Source of the DNA: Phoronis australis
Taxonomy: Eukaryota > Animalia > Phoronida
Direction: 5' to 3'
Length of the DNA stretch: 64,000 nt
NCBI GenBank assembly: GCA_002633005.1
Contig: NMRA01000460.1
Location: 177,653 to 241,652, forward strand
This document shows, in pieces, positions 36,811-48,800 of this stretch. The stretch's first letter is position 1; every line of letters begins with the position of its first letter. The translations under genes were made by a program, and so were the position numbers. Below the pieces are notes generated by a model. That model was given only the letters and a program-made list of their open reading frames with translations, was not told the origin of the DNA and did no database searches.

Positions 36811-37384
36811 GAATTACATACAACAGTGTAGTTTAATGCACACAAATTACACGTCGTGCAAACCAGTCGGCCATCCCGTTTACCATCAACAATCCCAGTA
36901 GCCTTTGCGCACCCTAATTTCCGGACATGCGCAATCGTTAAATCGATTCGGTTGCAACTCCGCTATTTCCGAGAGTTATGGTTATCAAATCAAACCTCAT
37001 TTAATTGCTTCCCTTTCGTTTTGTTATTATTGTTCATCAAGCGAGACTCTTGAGGTACGATTCCATACAACCAGCCATTTCTCGGCAAAATTAGTCCCTA
37101 TACAATCACATCAGTCATTCTTTATAACCACTGACCTGTGACCCTGGGTAGATGCCGGGAGTAGGCTAGTTTGTCCTCTGATATCATTTCAGATCCAGTC
37201 GTGGAACCGTTTTCAACAACCTATTATAATACATGCCAGGAGATTTTCAACAAGACTTTTTGGTTGTTAAAATCATGTTACAGTATTTTACTGAAAGAAG
37301 TTACATTTGGCCTAAATGAAAAGTTTAGATCATAAAAACAGATGTGTTTATGTAACTTTCGAAAAATTTCTCATAATTGTTCAG

Positions 37385-37424
37385 CTGTGTGTGTGTGTGC
37401 GTGTGTGTGCGTGCGTGCGTGCGT

Positions 37425-37457
<33 letters not shown>
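37385..37457. repeat. (GT)n/(GCGT)n microsatellite
   Basis: Read directly from the sequence. Confidence 0.95.
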
Positions 37458-37459
<2 letters not shown>

Positions 37460-38593
37460 GTTATTGTTTTCAAAGACATAGTTTGTGCTCGCGTACAGAC
37501 CAACCCTGTTTTCGTACGTTATTCCTTGCCTTCCTGTGCCTTGCCTTCTCCCGGGTCTCATAGTACAATCTGATATAAATTACCGAAGCGCAAATCAACT
37601 GTGTAAAGTATGTACTCGAAACAAAGATACTGCGTACCAAGACAATATCTTTGCTCGAAAGCACCATTCCCGCCAATTTTCGATTATTCGTTTTAAACAG
37701 AATCATCTCACAACTACTGTCTTTAAGCTATCGAAATAGAAACAAATCAAATTAAACGTTCATGCATTGGAAATGTTTGTAAAGGATACAGTGAAAATGC
37801 GACTGAACCCACTTTACGCTCATCGAGTATGCCATGATCCCGAGAACATGGTGTATTGATAATTAAAGTATCGATAATTTTTGGAATAACATTTGATAAG
37901 CTGGATAATATGAGGAAGATAATATTCATTGTAGTAGGAGAAAAACAATTGTTGTTTGATTTTACGATATTCATTGAGTGAAAAAAATTGAGCAGATTCC
38001 GCGAGAGGTTAACACGAAAATTGTCCAGAAGCATGAAGCGCCAAAGAGTGTGTGTGCATCTGTATATGTGTGTACTCTAGGAACTTACTGGTTCCAAGAT
38101 GTGCTTCAAGCACGCGGCTATTAAACCGCACTACTGCAGAAGCGAAATATTTGCTGACACGCCAATGACAATTCTAAAAACCTTTCGTAGTCCGCCATTT
38201 TCTTTCTTTGTTGTAAAGCCAACCAATGACTGCTGAGGTTACATCCAGTGATAAAACGCGTGCTACTGAATGATACCTGCGTGTTCCGACGCATAGGGAA
38301 CCAGCGTGTTTCTTGAACATGCGATTATTGTGCGTGCTCATTTAACTTTTCCATTTTCAGTTGCTGAGTGGCGCAGCGGTTAAGTTGGGTTATTTGACGG
38401 TTGTATTGGCAATGTCAGGCTGATAATGTAGTATAAAATTGGATATTTAATGCTCAGAAATGGTTATTCAACTTGTACTGTATTATGTCCAATCAAAGAT
38501 AAGTTTACAGGCAGTAGGCGCCTCCGAAAGGAAGCAGCCCAGACGAAGCGTGACCGAACTGACTTAGGGGAACCAAAGAATCATATGCACGGG

Positions 38594-38849
38594 CATGCGC
38601 GCACCCATGGGGGGGCTCGGGGGCTCGAACGAGCCCCCCATTTGGCGAAGTGGACAAAAAGGTCCGCCTCGGAGAAACAAAAAGTCCGACAAAACTAGAC
38701 AAAAAAGTCCACTAAACAGGCGCAAACGCACAATTCGCAGCTGTGGACATGGTACCCCGTTTTTTTTAGTCCTTCGGCTGCTTTTGTCGTTAAAAGTCCA
38801 CATCGTCGGAAATTCGAGCCCCCCATATTAAAGGCTGGGTGCGCGCTTG
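38594..38849 (+). mobile_element. GC-rich MITE, 256 bp
   Basis: catgcgcgcaccc ... gggtgcgcgcttg; flanks acggg / acgag; collinear with 30898-31158. Confidence 0.8.
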
Positions 38850-38894
38850 ACGAGCATTGCATCTTACTCACGAATCACCTACTAACCTATGTAT

Positions 38895-39240
38895 CATGCA
38901 CACGAACCCTTGAATTATGCACACGAACACAAAAATTATGCATACTAACTCAAAAAACGCGCATACGGGCAAATGTCATGTGCATGAACCACAAAAGCCA
39001 TTCATACGAACACAAAATCGTACACACGAGCATCGAATCGCACGGACGGACAGGTGGTTCGTGCGTATTCGGATGCTTGTGCGTATGATTTGTGTTCGTA
39101 TGTGTAATTTTTGTGGTTCGTGCGGAAGATTTTTGTTCGCATGCGTGATTTTTGAGTTCGCATGCATGATTGATGGGATCGTATGCATCATTCATATGTT
39201 TGTAGGTGGTTTGTGCTCGTGCGTATGGTACTACTGCACC
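38895..39240. mobile_element. Palindromic (foldback-like) element built of short subrepeats
   Basis: Left arm repeats catgcacacgaac, right arm repeats gttcg(t/c)(a/g)tgc(a/g)tg; symmetry centre near 39050. Confidence 0.65.
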
Positions 39241-39603
39241 CATGTGACTGAAAGTTTGCGTTAAATGAGCGTGTTGAAGAAACACATTTTAACGCACCTC
39301 GTACAGCAGCTGGATCGACGAGTTCGTCCGTGAGCAACGAAGGGGTGTGGCGTGCAGGGAATAATGTGTGGGAGAATAATTATTTTTTGAGAGGCGTAAC
39401 GTGGTCTGGAGGGGGAGTTTATGCGTCTGCGAGAGAAGAATAGCGTGCGCGAGACCACTTTTGTGCTCAGGCAGGCCTGAGGCGTGCGAGGGCAGGGAAG
39501 TCTCAGTGCCTTGATTCCGGAATAGTCAGCGGAGTATACTTCAAGGATTATGAGATCTCTAGCTGGGATATCAGCTGATTTAAATCGTTGTTTTGTTTTC
39601 AAG

Positions 39604-39877
39604 CTAAATGACGGCGGGGAACTCGTACTAGATGAGACTGCCTTCAAGAATTTCCTCCGCAGTTGTTACCGTGTGAACAAGCGAAGGATCTATGCGTCCC
39701 CACCTATGTTTGACTTGGTGACCCCTTCCGAGAGCGAGATGGGAGAAGGCGGTCATTCAGGAGAAAGAGACAACCCAACGTACACGGGCCGTGGAGAACA
39801 CGACAGAATGAAGCGGGCAATAAGAGTTCCTAAATATCTCTGGACGGGGGCTAGGATTCCTTTCACGTTCAAGCGAT
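39604..39877 (+). CDS. Astacin exon: pro-domain and mature N-terminus (RMKR-AIRVPKYLWTGARIPFTF)
   Basis: ttttcaag acceptor (exact start less certain); t|gtgagt donor. Confidence 0.8.
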
Positions 39878-42800
39878 GTGAGTGATTTCGATGTTTTGAT
39901 GTGCTTACGAGAATGTATTTTTCTCTTGCTTATGTGTTCGCAAAAATCTGTGAGGCCGATAACTTCAACTTCCTCAGCTGTTGAAGGACTTGACCTTCAG
40001 GTAACGCCAAACTTTCAAGTTTACTTTTCATGCTACGTAATTTTAGAGTTCAGACATGATGTCCAACAATAAAGTAATCTGGTAATGCTTACCCTCAAAA
40101 CGGTGCATAGCTTATCCGCCGGCCGCCTGCCCAAGATCATTCGAAAAATTCTGAGACTTAGCGAGGAATTTCAAGCAGTTAATTTGCCATAGACTAGAAA
40201 TACTTTGTGCTGTATGTCTATTCTGTATTTCTTAGCTAAGTATAGATGGCGCTGTATGTCCAGTGTTGTAACAGATTGTGAGGGACTACTCCATTTGTTC
40301 GATTTTCTCAATACACGCAAAGACGCTAACAAGACTTGAGGAGGCACTGAACAGTTCTCACAGGGATTTGCCTATCAGAACACACGTCAATGGACTCTAC
40401 ACCTTTTCTTCACTCTGTCAAAAACTGCATGCAAATAAAGAAAAGTTTTGAGTCATTTCACATCACAAGCCCTACAGATGAGCACAGAAACTTTGTACTC
40501 TCTTGTATTTTTAACCCTTTCACTCCCAATGGAAACCATGCTGAACTAAGAAAAATAAGGGCAAAAAGATGCAAAATCGGCACTTTTCACCCCAAAATCA
40601 CCACTTCCCTGCCGATGCTCGACTAAAGCCAACATAAGGTTGCGAAAGCAAATTTCCCGCTACCGATTCCAAAAATGTGGTCCTAAAATACTGTCAACCA
40701 ACTAGTTTTTTGCAAATCTTGCTTGTTTGAGGGCTACCTGAAATCGCGGCCAATTTCTCTGTTGCTACACAGCAATGCACAATTGCAACAGGGGGCCACC
40801 ATCTTGAAGAAGAGTGCAGCTACAGCCTAGAAAGTGGCCTTTTTCATTCTCAGCATGTTCACAAATACAAACAAACCATATTCACTTAGCCTACATGGAA
40901 TGCCTACCTACATAATGCCTCCAAACTTGGCCTACCCCAAAATTTTAATATTTTTGCAAATTGGCCGCGGCCGCAGCCTAACTGTTCAGTGCCACCTATT
41001 CACCAAGGCCGCCGCTCTTATTATGTCATGGACCGTGGCGACATCTAGCGGGTGTGTGTGGGCCGACGAAGTACGCAAGGCATTGACTATGGCCGATCTT
41101 AGTTTGTCAAATTCACAATTGTCAGTGAAGTGTCTTTGTTTAAAATATTGAAAACAAAAAACACAAGCACTGTAATGAAAAATACACAAAGGCAAAATAT
41201 AAGAGTAAATCAAGAAAAAATTTGGGCAGCAAAGGTAATATAAATTGCGATAAATACATCATAAGCAAGAGGGAGTCTCGGTAATAAGATCTGAGCAGAT
41301 GAAAGTAGGTTATTGGAGAATGGGCAGGAACTGAACCTGTAGGATTTTGTCCAGGGGGGGGGGTCAGGAAAGTAATAAACACCAAATGGATCTGCTGAAG
41401 AAGAGATAGGAGCAAACGGGGGGGGGGTGCCCGTCAACCAAAAGGTTGGGGGCGGAGATAGTTTTCTTCCTCCAATATTCCAGGTGTTAATATAATTAAT
41501 TAACAATTAATTATGTAAGCTTTCAACGCACAAACTTTGTTTTAAAATAAAATGGAAAATTAGTAGACTCTCCTTCTCCCAACCATCAAAAGTTTCCTAC
41601 GCCAATGTCCAAAAACTGCCCTTTTACGCCATCCAAACACGGGTCCAGATCTTTCTTTCGAAAATTCACATCTTAAAGACGTTCTAGATTCAAGCAGTTG
41701 TGTCTGTGCCCATTTACATGAAACTTTCCCAAATATCGACCCAACAGGGTCATATCCGGGATTTTTAAAGGGGGGGGGGTCGGATAATGATTTATTAAGA
41801 AAGGTGGCCCAAGTCAACAATTTGAAAATTCTAGCATTGATATCACTACAATCAAGTAACATGGGGGTTCCAGACCCCTTTGACCCCCCAACCTGGATCC
41901 GCCTGTACTCAACTGAGTTGGTAAATCTTTTAGGCATTTTTTGTTCTCTGCTTTAAGTTTTTATATTTTTCTATCATTTTATCTTTATTATGAGCTCCTC
42001 TTTGGACTTATGACGTTTTATAATAATATAACTAAAAACTGAGCTCTTAATTCAGTCAAAACATTTAGGGACTTTGTCCTTAAGTTAGGCGCATTGCATG
42101 AAAAGATCCCTACTTATTTTCAATCATATTGAGCATTCAACGTAGAAAACTCACAAAAACGTGGTAGTTTTAGGGAACATAGTGGAGTCACTATTTGGGA
42201 CTGATTCACTGGACCCCAGGCATCCGTGCCCGATGGTATCTGAAATGGGTAGCGATTTGGGGTGGGTTGAGATGAATGAAACTGGAGGCAAGAGAGGTAG
42301 TAAATAACATAAGGACGCCTTATTTCCTGACTTGATGTTTTAAGACCCATGTCAAAACAAAAATCTGAACAAACGACATCGTCACTGGAGTGTAACAAGT
42401 TTCCAAGGTACTACACATACTACAAAAGTTTCCACAGATGTATGGCTCAATGTGCCTTTAAAAGAACACTTCCTTCACCACTTCCTATGGCAAATAATCA
42501 AGTAGGTTACCAAACCATAAAAGTAATATTTATTATGCACTGAAGTCCATATCATGATCATATTATATAGATTATTGATCAACGACAGCCAGGATGTTGA
42601 CTGTATGGGATCGCAAAAAATAATTTATATAAGTTATAGCAAATAAACAAAAAATAAATTATAATAAATAATTTTAATTATTTATTATAATTTATTCTTA
42701 AAAGAATAGATATAAAAATAAATGTATGAAAAAATAGTAAATAACAGTAAATATAATTATCTTTTAGATTTGAATGTATTTAGACTGCAGCACAAAATGA

Positions 42801-45800
42801 AAAAAAGTAATTAGAAGCATCAATGGGCATAGAATATACTAATCAGTAGTTCCCAAAATCATGCAAGCAATTAACGATAATTTTCTACATAACCAATCAA
42901 ATTCAGAAAACAGTAAAGACATTAAGTTCAAATCACCCAGTCCATCACTGAATGACTGGCAACAGTTTCACGCAGAAATATCCTCTGTTTCAATCATGAA
43001 CATCACCTATCTTAATCATTGAGGAAGCAAAAAAGCATAAGTCACAAATTTTCAATTAACTTTTGCTGCAGCCGTAGGCAGTGCAAAAAAGCACCACTGC
43101 TTTTTTACCGGCGGGAGCCGTGATATCTTGCCACATTTGTTTATTGCACGCACACTCGCTAGACGTCTCAACGGTCCATGAAACAACAATGTCCGCCAGT
43201 AGCCGTCTGATGGGATTTTGCTAGGTGGACTGTCTCCCTATCTACGGTCTGTGATGGTAGCACCCAAGATGCTGCAGTTACTGGCGTCATGCCTAATCCA
43301 ACAGCACTGACAATTCCCTCTACAATCACAGGCACAATAGGGACCGCTGGGTGCAAACTTTTCGGCATCCCCGCTTGACTTACTTTCTCATGCAAGTCCT
43401 CAGCTTTCTGAAATGAATGAATACAAAAGTACATTTAAGGTATCTACACATATTAACTGCCTACAACTGTCTACTTGTCCACACCTACATTTTAACAAAC
43501 AGCCTGGCTCAAGACTCATCCTCTGATTTTCAGCATATTTTTTAATCAAGGGTATTTAAAAATACCAAGTGTGTTAAACCAAACAAATACATAAAATACC
43601 ATTTCAGATCAATAAAATTATACATCCAAGTCATGAAATCAAAAACAACAGAGTCTGCTTTTTTATAACTATAGTATGTAGAGAGGTGAGCTTCAGGTAG
43701 CAATACAATAGATATAATAAAACCATCAGTCATGGAGGATGAAATTGTGGTCATTATCAATTATGTCCTATTACCTCACCTAAGAGCTTTACTAAAGCAG
43801 CACTGTATGATGCTCAGCAGATGGGGGTATTTCACTGGGCTCACTCGTGGCGTAGCTGGGATCTATTGACTGGAAAAGTATCATTTACATTATAACAAAT
43901 ACAACATGCAGGAAAAACTTGTGGCATCAGCAATATTGTCTATGCAGCGTCATTCATTCTTTCCCATTAATGCAGCTAAGCTAAGTAATCACCCTTCGGA
44001 GCAAAGTTGCTTAGGAATAACGCCTGACTGATATATTTTTCAAGTAATGACCCTTCGGACTATAGGTCCTTCAAAGTACAATGAAGGCCCATCACAGTAA
44101 AGACCTAAACCCATACTAGTCTACTGGACTAAGTTAACATCACAGCATTTCTCCTTAGCAGGTTCTCACATTCGCTGTTTATCACCTATCTCTTGGATCT
44201 TGATGTACAAAGACTGAAGTGAATTGAAGAAATGAAAGAAATTACAAATTTAGATCCAATCATAGAATAGAAACACCAATTATCACTAGGCCCTAAGTCA
44301 TGAAACATATGCAGGACAATTTCGGTTATAGTTTGATAGGTGGGTCCCTGACTCAAAATTCATGCTAGAACCAGTTACTACCACTGAATAACGGGCGTGA
44401 TTCATTGAGAGTAACTGGCTCTAAAATCAAGTACCCATCATTAAGGCCATGTATCTGATTACCACAATTTTGCTTTGAGTAATCAAGTAAAACCTTGAAA
44501 CTTAAAGGTAAGACAAGTTCAAATCACTCTGCCAACATCAATGGGTGACTGGCAGCATATTCACAAAAAGAATATTCTTTGTATCACTCGTCGTACATCT
44601 CACCTGTCTTTGTCGTTGGGGAGAAGTGCAAGTCCCGATTTTTCAACTGACTGTTGCAGGAGCGCAAAAAGCTCCTCTGATCCTCTTTTTAGGAACTTCA
44701 GCCGACATATCTTGTTTTGAAGTTACTTGACGCAGCACTACCATCAGAAGTATTAACTATGGGAAATCTATATGAACTACATGATCAGATAAAATATTTT
44801 GTCTCTGTGACCACTGACCACGAGTATCAGCCATATTCCTTTTTACGCACACACACCCGCCAGACGTCTCTACGGTCGATGAAACAACAATGGCCGCCAG
44901 TGGCCGTCCTATACTGTCACTAAAACTTTTCGCAACTCGACCGTTTATCAACCGAATTGCACGTCAAGAGTCATACCATTAGAAAGCCCTTGACGATGTA
45001 AAATTAAACCAGAAGGAAAAGAAACAAATTTCATTCATTCATAAATGCTTATTATTTGCCTGACAGGTTTAAAAATATTGTTTAATTTATTCTAAAAACC
45101 AAAAATGCGAAAAATAACAGAGTGTAACAATGAAACCATTCCTGTACTAATTGTCTGATGAATTGAATAATTAGTCAACTAAACAATTAACTTGTGCTGT
45201 TTGTACTGTCAATTAGCCTAGAGACAGAATAATAGTAACATGTATGGGAAATGAATCAGTGAGGTAGACATTATATAAATGACTAATTGAACCATCAGGG
45301 AAATGGTTTCAATGAGTCTAAAGATTACTACCGTATAAAGTCAAACTTTTTATAATATGGATCACTCACAGTTGCTGTGAAGAATTTAGTCAGGCGCACA
45401 CCCAAAATTATACAGCTTCATATATTCTACGTTTGGAGCCGGTTTGTATAACTTCTGTAAAAATTCAGGAAGCAAAAATGTGATAAACAAACTACTCCAG
45501 CTACTTATCCGAAATTCGCAGATGAGGGTTTTCTGATAGATAAAATAGGCAAACACTTGAAGCTTTGAAATGCAGTGTGGATAGCGCATTATACACTGGT
45601 TGCACTTTAGGACTTTACATAGACAATCCGCAACAAACTCATTTCTTTCGAACCCGTATGTAGTGGGTCGAGGGGGTCGGGGGTTTGCGGGTCGAGGGGT
45701 CGAGGGTTATGGGGGTCGAGGGGGTTTTAGAACAATTCCACATAAACACATCTGTCATTTATAATCGCAGATTAAACACTCAGAAACCTAATACCACTTC

Positions 45801-48800
45801 TTTCCGGAAAATATTGTAACATGATTTCAACACCCAGAAATGTCTTGATGAAAACTGCTAACATGTAGTTTGATAGGTTGTCGATAGTGGTTCTAAGAGT
45901 GGAACAGAAAAGATGTCAGAGGCCAGACTATACCTGGTATCCAGCTAGGGCCACGGGTTGCTGCATTTAAGGAATTGGCCAATGTAATTGGCGGGTTTGC
46001 TGACTAATTTTTGCGGAGACATCACTGTTTGTCTAGAACCGTATCTCAAGAGTCTCGCTTTATAATTTCATTGTGAACAAAAAGGTCAAAATGAAAATGA
46101 AGCATTGAACATTGGCGGATTTAGAGAGGGGGCCAGGGGGGCCATGGCCCCCCTCCTAAAACTCTCCCAGATTCTATTTGGCAGTTCGGGAGTACGAATA
46201 TCTGACGGGCAAAATCCTGTCTAATATTCAGGTCATGGCCCCCTAACTCAATATCCTGGATCCGAGCATGTCCTTTTAAAAACAGTTACTGCCTCGAGCG
46301 CTTACATTTTTGTATAAACATTTTGTTGCAAAGATCAGTCGTATTCTTAAACAGATGGCTTATTCTCATACCTTAACCCGAGTTTAAACATCGAGTAGCA
46401 AAATATTTATCATTTTAATCTCAAATTTCAGTAAGCAATCGAGGTTACTGCGTCCAGTTGTGGAGTGAAAAGTGTAAACTGAATTACCATTTGGATTTTT
46501 TTTCTACGTTTTCCGGACGGTAAAAAGATAAGTCACATTTTAAAATATGCATAAGAATGATATATATTTCCTGCTGAGGCGTAGATTTGAAGCTTTGATA
46601 TACATGTAAACATGGGTCGCAATTTTCGTTACGAATGTTATAAATATGGTTGAAATATTCATGGCCCAGCGGCAGCCCCTCCCCAAATATATGGACTGTG
46701 TCCGCCTGAGTCTCATAGACTCTAGACTTGATCGCTTGAAAATATTTGTTCATGAACTGAATTACATTGCAGATAAATACACGTCGGATCAGAAGACAAA
46801 GGTCTTAGCAGGCATTTCGAAGTTGAGGGAGACAACTTGTTTAAATTTCATCCAATATCAATCTAGAGCGCCGAATGAGCCCCATATAGAGTTGTCAAGA
46901 GGGGGAGGTGGGTAAGTAACGAGATTCATGTTTAACATTTGCTAGACACTTTGGATATTATTAAGTTAAAATCAATTTCCAGAGACGATTTGTGACTCAC
47001 TAAAAATTAGACTTTGCATGATTACTTTACTGAAAGAACAGTAAAGGAGCACGCCACCCAAAAACAACCCGATCAGGCCCGTCGAGGCCGGACTGAAAAC
47101 ATCACGAACAAAAACCAGCCAAAGTTGGAAACTAAACTTCCAGTCAAGAAAATACTATACTAGTGAGCTAAAGAAGTAATGTGCACTTGATTATGTTGGT
47201 GAATTAGCCACGAAACTGCAAATCTACTTACTTGTCGGGGGCCGCGAATTCAGGTTCCCCTTTGGCCACAGAACCATCAGGGCACAAGTTGTACATTGAC
47301 AGTGGTTATTTGAATAATGTATATGTAAATGAAGATTCCCCTAACACCTGGCCGCGGGATAGAAAATCGAATTATTGTTTCACACTTACAGTTTCTGTCT
47401 GCAAAGATTGAATTAGCATTCGCTCGCACGGGATCGGTTCCCGGTCAGTTATCTCTATTGCCGGCATCAAAAGCCGGTAACGCAATGGTTTTATTCATTG
47501 CTGGCTTCTCAAAATTTGCACTCACGAATCTTCAAAGGCATCAGAAATTGTATATATCTAATAAGACAGACTTTGATTCAGTTTTATATAAGCATTGGTT
47601 ATGGCGGGAATATTTCATTTTGAAACAGAACGCAGAACGTCAAAAGAATCCCGACTTCTAGACGAGAGTTCATCCGACGAAGAATTCGCAGGTGGATGGT
47701 TTTAACTTAAAAGTTTCACAGGCTATCAGTTCGAACCGGAATACAGTGATCAAGAAATACTATAGAGGCCCCGCGAACACACACAGACAACGGAACGTAT
47801 GGATAGTTCTTTGGTAAGCCGGCATTCGTCAGACTCACTGTCGACGACTGCCGGCCACAGACACGGAGATGTTTCACGGCCTCATAATTGCTATTTACAG
47901 CGTACTTTTCATTCTTCACTACCGCGAGCCACCTCCTAAGCATTTCGGACTCTCGAGGAAGTCGAAAAGATGATGTACTCGCTTTCTTCGCAGCTGTATA
48001 CTTCGGACAAGCGGGAACGATGCACCGCAACATAGCAGCATTCACTCTGCAAATGAACCACTGACGTCGCTGCGTCGTTTCTCACCTTCCTCACAGGTGA
48101 ACGTGACATCTCTCGGCAAGGTAAGTTCAATCGCATGCGAGGCGATGTGGATATAGACCGATTAAGACGGTAAAAAGACTAATCAAATCGGGTGGCATTC
48201 TCCCTTAAGCCCCGTATTGACAGGTTCGTCCGAAGCTAGTATTGCCACCTGTTGTAGTACTATTAATACTTCAGCTAAAAGTACTTAGGGTACATACGGA
48301 ACTGATCTATGCTTGGGGGGAGAGATTGGATTTGAGTGACAGCCCTGTAACCTTTGACCTCGGATAAGTAGGAAACAAATTACATGTACCACGAGGTTGA
48401 AGGTGGTTCTGCTAAATCTTTTTTGTCTCTTTTATAAATTTCGTATATGAATTTCCCCGGGAATGAAGATAAGGTATTTTGCTAGACATATGTAAAATAT
48501 GAATAAGGCTTGAGATATCCTCAAAGAAGAATGCCACCCGATTTAATTAGTCTTTTTACAGTCTTAATCGGTCTATATCCGCATCACCTCGTATACGGTC
48601 GATCTTACCACGCCAAGAGGTGTCGCGTTAACCTGTGAGGAACTTGTGAGGAACGACGCAGCCGACGTAAGTGTTTCTTGTGCAGAGTGAGTACCGCTAT
48701 GGTGTGGTGTATCATTCCAGTTTGTGCGAACTAGAATACTGCGAGGAAAGCCGACATATAGTTTTTTTTACGATTTCCTCGAGAGCCAATAATGCTTCGG

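Noticed and set aside
36978-37054. Signal-peptide exon of the astacin gene (FNCFPFVLLLLFIKRDS, gag|gtacg)
   Set aside because: No in-frame ATG and a TGA just before the donor; cannot be supported without transcripts.
37316-37573. ORFs with CV/TH dipeptide runs
   Set aside because: Translations of the GT microsatellite.
15143-38500. Globin or MPG gene adjacent to NPRL3
   Set aside because: No recognisable exons of either were found by eye; small exons could have been missed.
45676-45725. G-quadruplex regulatory element
   Set aside because: The ggggtcga repeats look like an ordinary repeat remnant; no evidence of function.
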